From: a virus
Lineage: Duplodnaviria; Caudoviricetes
IMG/VR virus record: IMGVR_UViG_2721755486_000001
Span: 32,001-96,000 of that record
Strand: one strand, 5' to 3'
DNA length: 64,000 bases
Of the stretch, positions 7,326 through 16,796 are shown piece after piece; the first letter of the stretch is position 1; the number at the start of each line of letters is the position of its first letter. The position numbers and the translations under genes were made by a program. The notes under the pieces are model-generated. The model did not search any database, was not told the DNA's origin, and saw nothing but the letters and a program-made list of their open reading frames with translations.

Positions 7326-9494
7326 GTGCGTTTGTGGATCTTTGAAAAACCGTCCATGGCCATGGCCGTGATCCCCCACCTGCCGAAGCCGCACACGCGG
7401 CACCAGGGGTACGTCGAGACGGGCGACGGCTACGTGTCCTGGCTGGCCGGGCACGTGATGGAGCAGGTGCAGCCGGGCGACTACGACGAGCGCTGGGGCA
7501 CGTTCCCCTGGAAGTTCGAGGACCTCCCGATCATCCCGAAGGACTGGAAGCTCAAGGTCTCGGAGGACAAGAAGGACCAGGTCAAGGTCATCGAAGGGCT
7601 GCTGAAAAAGTGCACGTCGATCGTGAACGGCGGCGACGCGGACCGCGAGGGCCAGCTCCTGGTGGACGAGGTGCTGCTGTACTTCGGCAACACCAAGCCC
7701 GTGGCGCGGATCCACCTGAGCGCGATGGACCCGACCAGCGTCAAGAAGGCGATCGCCTCGCTGGAGGACAACGCGACCTTCCGTCCGCTGTACGAGGCGG
7801 GCCTGGGCCGGCAGCGCGCGGACTGGCTGGTGGGCATGAACATGTCCCGGGCCTACACCATCCTGGCGAAGAAGCAGAACTACCCCGGCGTGCTGTCGGT
7901 GGGGCGCGTGCAGTCGCCGACCCTGGCGCTGGTGGTGAAGCGCGACCGCGAGATCGAGGCGTTCGTCCCGAAGGACTTCTGGACCATCGAGGCGCAGTTC
8001 CTCGACCCGGGCCAACCGGCGTTGCCGTTCTGGTCGCGCTGGCTCCCGCCTGGGCTGTCGCTGGAATCCGCCGAGAAGCAGGCGGACGTGGACGCCAAGG
8101 GCGAGGCCGACGAGGACGAGGAGGGCGATGAGCCCGACGGCGCGGACGGCGCGATCGCGGGTCAGCGCCCGGCCTGGCTGGACGAGCAGAACCGCATCGT
8201 CAACAAGGCGATGGCGGACCAGATCGCGGCGAAGGTCCAGGCCGCGGGCCAGGGCTCGGTCACGCGCTACGTGAACAAGCCGGCGGAGGAACAGCCCCCG
8301 CTGCCGTTCGAGCTGACGGGCTTGCAGACCGCGCTCAACGGGAAGTACGGCTATTCCGCGAAGGAGGTGCTCGACGCCTGCCAGGAGCTGTACCTCGCGG
8401 GGCACACCACCTACCCGCGCTCGGACTGCCCGTACCTGCCTGAATCGCAGCACGCGGAAGCACCGGACGTGCTGGACGCGATCGCGCAGGGCGCCCCGCA
8501 CATGGCCAGCCTCGCGACCAACGCCAACGTGACGATCCGCTCGCGGGTGTGGAACGACGCGAAGGTGAGCGAGCACCACGCGCTGATCCCGACGCGCCAG
8601 GCCCCGGACTGGTCCACCCTGTCCGAGATCAAGCGCCGCACGTACGAAATGATCGCGCAGCGCTACCTGGCGCAGCTCTACCCGAACTGCCAGGCCGACA
8701 AGGCCAAGATCGAGGTGTCGATCGCGGGCGAGCGTTTCGCGGCCAGCGGTCGCGTGGTGAAGGACCCGGGCTGGCGCGTGGTGTTCCAGGGCGAGGCCCA
8801 GGCCACGGACGCCAAGAAGAAGGACGCCACCCCAAGCCTGCCGGTGTTGACCGAGGGCGGTTCGGTGAACCGCCAGGTGGTGAAGGTGGACGCCAAGCGC
8901 ACCACGCCCCCGCCGCGCTACACCGAGGGCTCGCTGCTGACGGCGATGAAGCACATCCACCGCACGGTCAGCGATCCGGTCGAGCGCAAGCGGCTGAAGG
9001 CCCTGGACGGCATCGGCCGGTCGGCCACGCGCGCCGCGATCATCGAAACGATCATCAAGCGCAGCTTCGTGGAGGTGAAGGGCAAGCAGCTCGTGGCCAC
9101 CGTGGTCGGCAAGATCCTGGTGGACGCGCTGCCGGCCAAGCTCACGGACCCGGGCATGACCGCCCGGTGGGAGGCGCTGCTCGACGCGATCGCGTCCAAG
9201 AAGATCCCCCTGCACGCGTTCATGGCGAAGCAGGAGGAGGCGATCGTCGAGCTGGTCAACGAGGCCCAGGCCTCGACCCTTCCCACCATCCCGGCGGACG
9301 CGATGCCCGCTCGCACGCCGTACGCCGGTGGCGCGTCGAAGCCGCGTCCCGCACCCGAGGGCTCGAAGAAGTGCCCGAAATGCAAGAAGGGCTTCCTGGT
9401 CCCCCGGACGGTGAAGAACGGTCCGAAGGCCGGGCAGACCTTCCACGGGTGCAACAACTACCCGGAGTGCAAACACAGCGTCTGGCCCAAGTAA
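7326..9494 (+). CDS. topB: DNA topoisomerase III (type IA) with C-terminal zinc ribbon
   Basis: Toprim EKPS and GDADREG, SVGRVQSPTL, catalytic TYPRSD, GIGRSATRA, CPKC...GCNNYPEC. Confidence 0.95.
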   Translation: MRLWIFEKPSMAMAVIPHLPKPHTRHQGYVETGDGYVSWLAGHVMEQVQPGDYDERWGTFPWKFEDLPIIPKDWKLKVSEDKKDQVKVIEGLLKKCTSIVNGGDADREGQLLVDEVLLYFGNTKPVARIHLSAMDPTSVKKAIASLEDNATFRPLYEAGLGRQRADWLVGMNMSRAYTILAKKQNYPGVLSVGRVQSPTLALVVKRDREIEAFVPKDFWTIEAQFLDPGQPALPFWSRWLPPGLSLESAEKQADVDAKGEADEDEEGDEPDGADGAIAGQRPAWLDEQNRIVNKAMADQIAAKVQAAGQGSVTRYVNKPAEEQPPLPFELTGLQTALNGKYGYSAKEVLDACQELYLAGHTTYPRSDCPYLPESQHAEAPDVLDAIAQGAPHMASLATNANVTIRSRVWNDAKVSEHHALIPTRQAPDWSTLSEIKRRTYEMIAQRYLAQLYPNCQADKAKIEVSIAGERFAASGRVVKDPGWRVVFQGEAQATDAKKKDATPSLPVLTEGGSVNRQVVKVDAKRTTPPPRYTEGSLLTAMKHIHRTVSDPVERKRLKALDGIGRSATRAAIIETIIKRSFVEVKGKQLVATVVGKILVDALPAKLTDPGMTARWEALLDAIASKKIPLHAFMAKQEEAIVELVNEAQASTLPTIPADAMPARTPYAGGASKPRPAPEGSKKCPKCKKGFLVPRTVKNGPKAGQTFHGCNNYPECKHSVWPK

Positions 9495-9515
9495 GGCCGG
9501 CGCCCGACGTTCACG

Positions 9516-9549
9516 AAGCCTGCCTGGCGACCACCGGGCGGGCTTTTTT
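9516..9549 (+). terminator. rho-independent terminator
   Basis: AAGCCTGCCTGG...CCGGGCGGGCTTTTTT. Confidence 0.7.
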
Positions 9550-9587
9550 CATGGCCATCCACCCATTCCCATCCAGGAGGTACCACC

Positions 9588-10598
9588 ATGCAGCAGCCCA
9601 ACGCCCAGCGCGAAACGATCGTCGCGGATTCGCTCCCTCAACGCCTCGACGCCTACGACATGGCGCGGCTGCTGATCGAATGCGCCGAACGGCCGGCGAT
9701 CGGCATGCTGATGTTCTTCGCCGTGCCCATGGAAGCGCGTCTGGCCATGGTGGGCGCGAAGACCCCCGGGCAGGCCCAGGAGGTGCGGGACGAGTCGTTC
9801 AACACCGACATCTGGGTGTTGTCGACCGTCATGCGTGTGCTCGGCGAGCGGGAACGGCGTGGCCTGGGCGGCCCTGTCGGGGCGACGTTCACCCCGCTCG
9901 AGCTGAGCGCTCTGGTGGCGCACCTGAACGAGGTCGATGATCCGACGATCACGGCGTTCTTCCGGCGCGAGAACCTGAACGGTGCCCAGATCCTGAAGCG
10001 CCACGCTGACGCGTTGCGTGAGCTTCCGGAGGTCGAGCAGTTGATGCTCGCATCGCTCACCGCCGTCTGGCAGCGGACCGACAACCTGGACCTCGTGCGC
10101 GGGTTCCTCGACGAGTGCATCCAGGACGGCCCCGTCGCGGCCGCCATCGCAGCTCGACGGGCCGCAGGAGCGGGCGGGCGACGATCCACTGAAGGTGGAC
10201 CGATCGCCCAGCGTGAAGCGCTCACCCCGGTGGGCGCTTTGTCGTGCCGCAAAAAGTTGCCGGTTTTGCGCAAAAAGTTGCGGAACTTGCGCAACATCTT
10301 GCGGGTACGGCGCAACTTCTTGCCGAAGGCCGTGGCCCGGAGGGACCGGGGTTGGGCGGGGCGTGAGCCCCGTCTTTCCACCGTGCCAGGGCACGGCTAC
10401 GGGCCTCGCGACAGTCCGCGATCCCCGATGACATGCAGCGCTCCCGGCGCTGCTCGACCCCGAACGTCCAGGGCACCGCGGCATGCACCGCGGGGTGGTG
10501 CGTTCAACCGTGACGCCGTGTTTCCCGCATCCCCGTTTTCGATTCACCGCTGGGTGGCCCGCCCACTTCCTCGACGTGTAGCTCAACCGTGCCCCTGA
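9588..10598 (+). CDS. hypothetical protein; only the first ~200 codons look coding
   Basis: AGGAGG RBS and good codon bias to ~10190; the rest runs through regulatory repeats. Confidence 0.5.
   Translation: MQQPNAQRETIVADSLPQRLDAYDMARLLIECAERPAIGMLMFFAVPMEARLAMVGAKTPGQAQEVRDESFNTDIWVLSTVMRVLGERERRGLGGPVGATFTPLELSALVAHLNEVDDPTITAFFRRENLNGAQILKRHADALRELPEVEQLMLASLTAVWQRTDNLDLVRGFLDECIQDGPVAAAIAARRAAGAGGRRSTEGGPIAQREALTPVGALSCRKKLPVLRKKLRNLRNILRVRRNFLPKAVARRDRGWAGREPRLSTVPGHGYGPRDSPRSPMTCSAPGAARPRTSRAPRHAPRGGAFNRDAVFPASPFSIHRWVARPLPRRVAQPCP
10249..10323. repeat. four GCAA-N4-TTGC palindromes at 21-bp period
   Basis: Copies start at 10249, 10270, 10291 and 10312. Confidence 0.8.
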
Positions 10599-10800
10599 CG
10601 GGGGCAAGGCACCGCTGCGCTCGTTGTCCTCTCCCGTTCCCCTCGCTCCCTTCGGTCGGTCGGCGCGTGCGGCATCCGGCAACGGCCTGGCCCCCGGGGC
10701 AGGTCTCGCTTTCCCCACGACGAGGCGGCTCCACTGAGCAGTGAAACGAAACCCAACGGGGAGAGCAGGGAAATGGTCCACGGCGTCGAACACACCACCA
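10494..10800. promoter_or_regulatory. long imperfect hairpin, Frpo/ssi-like single-strand promoter candidate (copy 1)
   Basis: Nested complementary blocks GACGCCGTG/CACGGCGTC, TTTCCC/GGGAAA, TCCCCGTT/AACGGGGA, CCTCGACGTG/CACGACGAGG, GGGGGCAAGGC/GCCTGGCCCCC. Confidence 0.7.
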
Positions 10801-10898
10801 ACGGCAACGGCAACACCGCGGCGTTCCCCCGCACCCCCGAGGCTCACCACCGAGCAGGTAGCCGCACCACTCACACGACCACGAAGGAGAACAACAGC

Positions 10899-11297
10899 AT
10901 GGACGCGCAAGACATCATCAACGGCTTGGCCCGCTACACCGGCACGGAGAGCTATTTCTCCCTCGGTGCCATGTTCCGCAACGCGGTCTACACCGACGGC
11001 GTGCAGTTCCTCATCGAAAACGCCCAGTGCGCCTGGCTGGTCACCGATGCGATGGCCTGGGTCTCGCAGAAGGTGCCGGGGCAGAACTACGACGACGGGT
11101 TCATGACCGTTGAGCTGCACCCGAAGGAGGACAGAACCGCCGATCTGCTGATCACCGACGGCAACGGCACGACGCTCTACAGCCAGCACTACACCGCCCA
11201 CACGTTCCCGCTGCCGAAGGGGATCAAGTTGTACGCGGTCTGGGGCGAAACCTCGCGCGGCCCCTGTTGGATCTTGATGGTGACCAGCGAATATTGA
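10899..11297 (+). CDS. DUF6876-family protein
   Basis: TGTESY...YTDGVQFL...AWL...DGNG...FPL...SEY pattern; AAGGAG RBS. Confidence 0.75.
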   Translation: MDAQDIINGLARYTGTESYFSLGAMFRNAVYTDGVQFLIENAQCAWLVTDAMAWVSQKVPGQNYDDGFMTVELHPKEDRTADLLITDGNGTTLYSQHYTAHTFPLPKGIKLYAVWGETSRGPCWILMVTSEY

Positions 11298-11308
11298 TCC
11301 ACCCCACG

Positions 11309-11332
11309 CCCCGGACGCTACGGTTTCCGGGG
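11309..11332 (+). repeat. conserved intergenic hairpin (second copy at 12316-12339)
   Basis: CCCGGACGCTACGGTTTCCGGG is identical in both copies. Confidence 0.75.
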
Positions 11333-11359
11333 CTCCCGATCCCACGACCAAGGAACACC

Positions 11360-11719
11360 ATGAACCTCATCACCATCACCACGGGCGACCTGATCGGCCC
11401 CACGCTCGACTGGGCGGTGGCCAAGGCCATCAACGCCCCGTTCACCACCGGACCGTTTTCCACCGACTGGGCGCTGGGCGGCCCGATCCTCGAAATGCAC
11501 GGCGTCGGTTTCTTCCGCAACGGCAAGAGGGTGTACGCGAACGAGGCGAAGCGCTGGGAGGCGAACCGCATCGTGAACCTCGACGACGCGCCGATTCTGC
11601 GCCACGGCTACCGGGCCCTGGGCCCGACCCCGCTTGTCGCCGGCTTGCGTTGCCTCGTGCGCAGCAAGCTGGGCGAAACCGTGGCGGTGCCGGCGGACCT
11701 GATCAACACGGAGGCATGA
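11360..11719 (+). CDS. phage NinX/DUF2591-family protein
   Basis: LDWAVAKA...FSTDWALGGPILE...GPTPLVAGLRCLV-x-SKLG. Confidence 0.8.
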   Translation: MNLITITTGDLIGPTLDWAVAKAINAPFTTGPFSTDWALGGPILEMHGVGFFRNGKRVYANEAKRWEANRIVNLDDAPILRHGYRALGPTPLVAGLRCLVRSKLGETVAVPADLINTEA

Positions 11720-11720
11720 C

Positions 11721-12272
11721 ATGGCCAAATCGACCTTTCAGCGGCGCGGCATGATCGGAGGCGTGTTCGCGTGCGGCATCTGCGGCCGGCGGACGCGTCA
11801 CACCAACCAGGGCATGTCGCACCTGTGCCCCCAATGCGACGAGTGGACGGCTTCGGAAAATGGCATCAACGACGGCAACTACGCGGGGTGCCCGCCCGAG
11901 GACCTCGTGCAGGCGGAGGCGGCGATCCTCAAGCTCAAACGCGAGGCATGGAAGCGGGGCGGGGACGCCGCGAGCCTGGGGCTTACGCCCGACGGCACGC
12001 GCGACCTGCGCACCGAGATCAACGCCGTCACCATGGCCGCCGTCGTGCGCGGCTACCGCCTGGAAATCGCGGGCGGTGCGCTCCCGGGCGAGATAGCGCT
12101 GGTGGACGACCTGAACGGCGAGGCGGTGGAGGAACCGGACGAACCCTTGGCGGCCCTCGCCCAGCTCTACGCGCTGCTGGTGGACCTGCGCGAGGGTGTT
12201 ATCACCGCCCAGCAGTTCGACGACCTCGGCGGCAGCACGTGTCGCGAGATCCTCAAGCAGTCCCAGGCATGA
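11721..12272 (+). CDS. hypothetical protein with N-terminal zinc finger
   Basis: CGIC-x12-CPQC; GGAGG RBS. Confidence 0.7.
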   Translation: MAKSTFQRRGMIGGVFACGICGRRTRHTNQGMSHLCPQCDEWTASENGINDGNYAGCPPEDLVQAEAAILKLKREAWKRGGDAASLGLTPDGTRDLRTEINAVTMAAVVRGYRLEIAGGALPGEIALVDDLNGEAVEEPDEPLAALAQLYALLVDLREGVITAQQFDDLGGSTCREILKQSQA

Positions 12273-12361
12273 CCGGGGCCGGGGCGGTGGCCCCGCTACC
12301 ACGGTTGATCCCACGGCCCGGACGCTACGGTTTCCGGGCATGCCTCCCTCACATCTGGTAC

Positions 12362-12802
12362 ATGACCATGGAACGCTTCACCCACGTCACGACGCGCAAC
12401 AGCCCGACGAGCAAGACCTACCAGCAGCCCACGTACCGCGACCACCCGGCGGGGGCCGTGCCCATCACCGGCGAGTTCACCCTGACCGTCGACGAAGCGA
12501 TGTACATCCTCAGCGTGGCGGGCCAGGCCCGTCACCACCATTTCGACTGGGTGAAGCTCATGGACGCGCGCACGGTCTGGATCGGTTACGACCCGAGCCC
12601 GACGGGCGGGTTCACGGAGCGCCGCACGAAGACGGTGTACATGGACGCCGGGATCATGGTCTCCCCGGACAACTTCCACATCCAGGGGCGCGAGTCCAAC
12701 GACGGCCCGCTCCTCAAAACGATGCACATCCGGATGGACGACCTGGTGCGCGACTTCGCCCTGGTCCTGCGCGATCCGGACGCGAAGCTCAAGGCCGCCT
12801 GA
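12362..12802 (+). CDS. hypothetical protein
   Basis: Good codon bias from MTMERF; follows the second hairpin copy. Confidence 0.65.
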   Translation: MTMERFTHVTTRNSPTSKTYQQPTYRDHPAGAVPITGEFTLTVDEAMYILSVAGQARHHHFDWVKLMDARTVWIGYDPSPTGGFTERRTKTVYMDAGIMVSPDNFHIQGRESNDGPLLKTMHIRMDDLVRDFALVLRDPDAKLKAA

Positions 12803-13140
12803 CCTGGGCACGGGGCACGTCCCCGTGCGCGGGCACCGCGGCGGCTGTCCAGCGCCCACCTGCGCGGTGGGCGTGGTCCTGGCGTGCCCTGGCACCCTTC
12901 GGGCAACACCTCGCCGGAGGCGAAACGGCAGGTAACCCCGCCCGGCAGGCCTGCGGCACACGGCCGGGCCCCACGGCATCGAGACCGAGCGTTCCTCCGC
13001 TCGGTGGTCCGTTCGGATACCGCGTCCTTCCGCGATCCCCGATGAACGCAGCGCGTGCACCTGGCGCAGCGCGGCCCCGTACAACCGGACCCCTGGACGC
13101 CTGGGCGTCCTGAGCACGCCGCGCTCGCGCACGTCGTGCC

Positions 13141-13443
13141 GCCGGTTTTCAACCGTGATGCCGTGGCTCCGCCAGGTCGTCAGGCACGTGGGTCCGCTCT
13201 TGTCGGTCCGCCTTCTCCTTCGACGTGTAGCTCAGCCGTGTCCCTGTTGGGGCAAGGATTCGCGCGCAGCGCTCGTCGTCCTCTCCCGGTCCTTCCCGCC
13301 TGGTGGTCGGTCAGGCGTGCGGCATCCGGCGACGTCCTGGCCCCGGGCCCCGTCCGATCTCTTTCCACGCCGAGGCGGCTCCGAAGAGCAGACATCCACC
13401 AGACGATGAGGCGAACCATGAACCACGGCATCGAAAACCCGGC
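13141..13443. promoter_or_regulatory. long imperfect hairpin, Frpo/ssi-like (copy 2)
   Basis: Homologous to copy 1, with the compensatory change GATGCCGTG/CACGGCATC. Confidence 0.7.
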
Positions 13444-14023
13444 GAACAACAACGGCAACACCGCGCAGTTCCTCGCCCCCGAGGCTTCCAAAGAGCAGGG
13501 GTACAGCAACACCGGCGACTACTTCGCCCAGCCCTACAACACCTGCGTGGCAGGCTTCTACTTCTCGGACTACGAGGAGTACCAGGCAAAGGCTGCAGCG
13601 CTGCGCGACCCGTTCGGTTCCCCGGTGGAGGAGTTCGAGATTCAGGCGATCGACCTGGACCGCGCGCAAAGCGAGCTTTTCGACGCACTCAAAATCGACC
13701 AATCGACGCTCGAACGCTGGTTCGACGACGTGGTCGACCTCGACGAGCACGAGCTGGCGGTGGTGTTCTTTCTGGTGGACAACAGCGGGTACGACCTCGA
13801 CAGCGCGATGGACAAGAAGGACGATGTCTCCCTGTATCACGGCAACCTGCTGGACGCGGCCACGGAACTGTTCGACGACTGCTACGGCAGCTCGATCCCG
13901 GACAACCTTAAGTCTTACATTGATTACGAAGCCTTCGCCCGTGACTGCCGTTGCGGCGGCGACATGGTGGAGTTCGATTTCGGGGGCTCGACCTACACCT
14001 GCACGTCGGCGAACCACTGCTGA
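13418..14023 (+). CDS. ardA: antirestriction protein ArdA
   Basis: Highly acidic; FAQPY...GFYF...VEEFEIQ...YIDYEAFARD...GDMVEF. Confidence 0.85.
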   Translation: MNHGIENPANNNGNTAQFLAPEASKEQGYSNTGDYFAQPYNTCVAGFYFSDYEEYQAKAAALRDPFGSPVEEFEIQAIDLDRAQSELFDALKIDQSTLERWFDDVVDLDEHELAVVFFLVDNSGYDLDSAMDKKDDVSLYHGNLLDAATELFDDCYGSSIPDNLKSYIDYEAFARDCRCGGDMVEFDFGGSTYTCTSANHC

Positions 14024-14277
14024 CCACGTGCCCGGAGCCTCGCCCTCGGGCGATGCGCTTTGGGTCGGCGGGCAGTGCCAGGGCACCCCTCACCGCCCGG
14101 GTATCCAGCGGGACCCCACGCCGAAGGCTCAGGGCCCGGAGGGCGGGGCGGGCCCGTGGCCCGTTTCTCCGGGGTGATGGGATCACCCCATGACCGACGA
14201 CCGTCTGACCAGCTTGCCCGCGGGCCTGGACCGCTGGCACACTCCGATAACCGGCACCATAAGAAGGAAAGAAATAC

Positions 14278-15462
14278 ATGACTGACCAAAGCGTTAAGTC
14301 TTCGACTGGCGAGGGCGCGATCTGGGAGGACACGGTTATCCTAGCTTTCAGAGACCTGCAATGGTCCTACTGGTTGCGTGAGGAGGTCCAACTACGCTCG
14401 GCTAGCAAGCAGGATTTCGGGACGCTTTGGGAGAGTGGGCCGGCGGGTGCCTATAAACTTGACGATCGGGCTGAATCGGCGCTGGGCGATATGCTGGCCT
14501 CCAACAAGGGGCGGTACTTTTTGATGGAGTTCAAGGCGGAGCGAAGTGGACACTCCGATGAGCGTGGGAAAAGCATGTTCGAGCGCGTGGCGAACTTTCT
14601 CACAGAGCCAGACGACAAGACGGCACGGTTTCGCGAGATAGCAGATAAATGCCATTTCGGAGTCTTCGCGACGGACATTGATCCCACTTCAAAAGCGAAA
14701 AAGAACGCAAAGAAGATCGAAAAAGTGCCGAACAGTCGAATCCAACTGTGGCTTGGCGCTCATCCGTATCTGGACTGGGTCTATCTGAGCCTCAAAGAAG
14801 TGTTGGATGATCCAAAATCCAAGGAGAAAATCCAGAATCTGGTTGACACGAATAGTCGTGTCAACGGGTTTTTAAGTGATCTGGAATCCAATGTTTCTGA
14901 CAAATGGGAAGTGTTCGGAAGTACGCGGTGGGGGAAGGACACACTGAAACAGGCCTTTCTACGACAGAGGGTGAAGTCGAAGAAAGTTGAACTTGCTAAC
15001 TTAATCTTGGAACGCTTTGATTTGCTCGAGGAAGCGTTGAAGGGACGCGGCAACCTGTTCTATCACATTAAGCAGCGACTCCGTCACACACAGATTCAAG
15101 CCATCGACACGCTCCCGTTCGAAAAGATGGTGTTTGGCCCCCCGCCAGATCTGACGGAGGGTGACGAAAGGCTTCCAACCGGAGCTACGGCACAGGAGAT
15201 GCGTGAATACCTTCGGCTGCTGATCGGTATTTCTGGACCTGGCCAACCGCCGACACCGACCGGTGGGTGGCCTGGAGACGATCTTAGGTTTAACTTAGTA
15301 AGTGTGGATCGATCAAGTGGCCGGATGGAAGTCATTCTGACGGTTCTTACGGGTAAGCAGCTTTACGAGCAACTTCCCGATGAGGTTCAGGGCACGGCAC
15401 ATAAGGGCACATTGGCTGTGAACGGCAAGGGGGAGGAAAGGGAACATGAGGACGAGGTCTAG
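14278..15462 (+). CDS. lower-GC hypothetical protein, putative PD-(D/E)xK nuclease
   Basis: 394 aa; E...GDML...FLMEFK motif; codon usage differs from the flanks. Confidence 0.6.
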   Translation: MTDQSVKSSTGEGAIWEDTVILAFRDLQWSYWLREEVQLRSASKQDFGTLWESGPAGAYKLDDRAESALGDMLASNKGRYFLMEFKAERSGHSDERGKSMFERVANFLTEPDDKTARFREIADKCHFGVFATDIDPTSKAKKNAKKIEKVPNSRIQLWLGAHPYLDWVYLSLKEVLDDPKSKEKIQNLVDTNSRVNGFLSDLESNVSDKWEVFGSTRWGKDTLKQAFLRQRVKSKKVELANLILERFDLLEEALKGRGNLFYHIKQRLRHTQIQAIDTLPFEKMVFGPPPDLTEGDERLPTGATAQEMREYLRLLIGISGPGQPPTPTGGWPGDDLRFNLVSVDRSSGRMEVILTVLTGKQLYEQLPDEVQGTAHKGTLAVNGKGEEREHEDEV

Positions 15463-15553
15463 TACGTCGCGTGCGTTACAACGACAGATGACGGCTTGAC
15501 ATCACGCATTTTCTCACTAAGTTGGGATCTCGCACTCCCCACGCGAGATCCCC

Positions 15554-16009
15554 ATGAATACCCGCCTGATCAAACTGGACGCCACCCTTCGGCTCGTCCG
15601 TCGAGCGTTGCGCGAATCCTTCCCCCGCCACACCATCGACGCGTCGCCGAGCCCCACCGGGCGGTGCGGGATCCACGTCACCTGGAGCGACGGCCCCACC
15701 GTGGAGCAGGTGCAGAGGGTCCTCGACCCGTTCGGCTTGGGCGGCCACAACGAGGTGCATTGGCACAGCATGAACGGCTCGCCGGTCACGTTCCAGCCGT
15801 TCATGCGCGTCCAGCGCTCGACCACCGGAGAACCGGTCGACCCGGTGGCGCCGCAACCGTCGGCGACGCTGGCCAACATCACCACGTTCAACGAGTACCG
15901 CGCCTGGTCCGCCCACCTGCGGGAGCTGGACCTCATGCGTCGGAGCAAGCGACTGCTGCGCCGCCTGGAAGGGCAGAGCGCGATGGTCGAGGCGATCACC
16001 GCGACTTGA
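15554..16009 (+). CDS. LPD29-like domain protein
   Basis: LVRRALRESFP...IHVTWSDGPT-x-x-QV; upstream TTGACA-N16-TAAGTT (15496). Confidence 0.65.
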   Translation: MNTRLIKLDATLRLVRRALRESFPRHTIDASPSPTGRCGIHVTWSDGPTVEQVQRVLDPFGLGGHNEVHWHSMNGSPVTFQPFMRVQRSTTGEPVDPVAPQPSATLANITTFNEYRAWSAHLRELDLMRRSKRLLRRLEGQSAMVEAITAT

Positions 16010-16090
16010 CGGGCCCGCGGAACCCGCTAGTAATGGTTGGAGCACCGCGAGAGCGGTGCCGCCACCACTCGCACAGGAGAACCCGCCACC

Positions 16091-16672
16091 ATGACCATCG
16101 CTCAACCCGCCCGAACGCAGGCCCCCCGGACCTCCCCGCCGGGCACGATGGTGCGCTCCGAAGCGGCGGCCTACCTGGGCTGCAGCATCTACGCGGTGGA
16201 CCGCCTCTGCCGCCGCTACGGGGTTGAGCGCACCCGTGGCCCACGTGGCTACAACTACGTGACCCGGGCCGGCCTGGCCAAGATCCGGGCCCAGCTCGAC
16301 CACATCCGCAGCGGCACGCTGCTGACCGAACGCGAGGCCGCGGCCCGGGCGGGTGTGTCGTACGCGACCCTGCGGACCATCCAGGCGCGCGGCGAACTGA
16401 CGCTGGCGTTGCGGGCGCCGCGGGCGCGGTATTTCCACCCCGACGCCATCGACGCGATGGTGGCCCGGATGGATCCGGCTGGCTACGTGTCGACGGCCCA
16501 GGCCTGCGCGAAGCTCGGCTTGACGCGGCAGCGCGTGTCCCAGCTCGTGCTCCGGGGGCGCCTGCACCCGAACATCAACCCTCGGGGGCAACGGCGATTC
16601 GCGGTGGTCGAGCTGGACGCCTACGCGGCGCAGGATCCTGTCCAGGGGCATGGGGCTGCCACGAACGTTTGA
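16091..16672 (+). CDS. DNA-binding protein with three tandem excisionase/MerR-type HTH domains
   Basis: EAAAYLGCS, EAAARAGVS and QACAKLGLT repeats; AGGAG RBS. Confidence 0.75.
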   Translation: MTIAQPARTQAPRTSPPGTMVRSEAAAYLGCSIYAVDRLCRRYGVERTRGPRGYNYVTRAGLAKIRAQLDHIRSGTLLTEREAAARAGVSYATLRTIQARGELTLALRAPRARYFHPDAIDAMVARMDPAGYVSTAQACAKLGLTRQRVSQLVLRGRLHPNINPRGQRRFAVVELDAYAAQDPVQGHGAATNV

Positions 16673-16796
16673 CCGTGACCGTGCCCTGGCACGGCTTGAC
16701 CGACCGTAGAAACTTGCAAAGTGCATGGAAGTACGAGAGCTTGATCCGACCGGCCCGGCACCCGCAGGGCCTTCACATCGACAGGAGGGGAACCAC

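Noticed and set aside
7143-9476. Long antisense or alternative-frame ORFs (e.g. 7143-9476, 27883-30015, 42181-44583, 59366-61150)
   Set aside because: These are shadows of real high-GC genes on the other strand, with no motifs or RBS
10899-16672. Prophage (NinX-like and excisionase-like genes)
   Set aside because: No structural, terminase or integrase genes; the context is plasmid backbone
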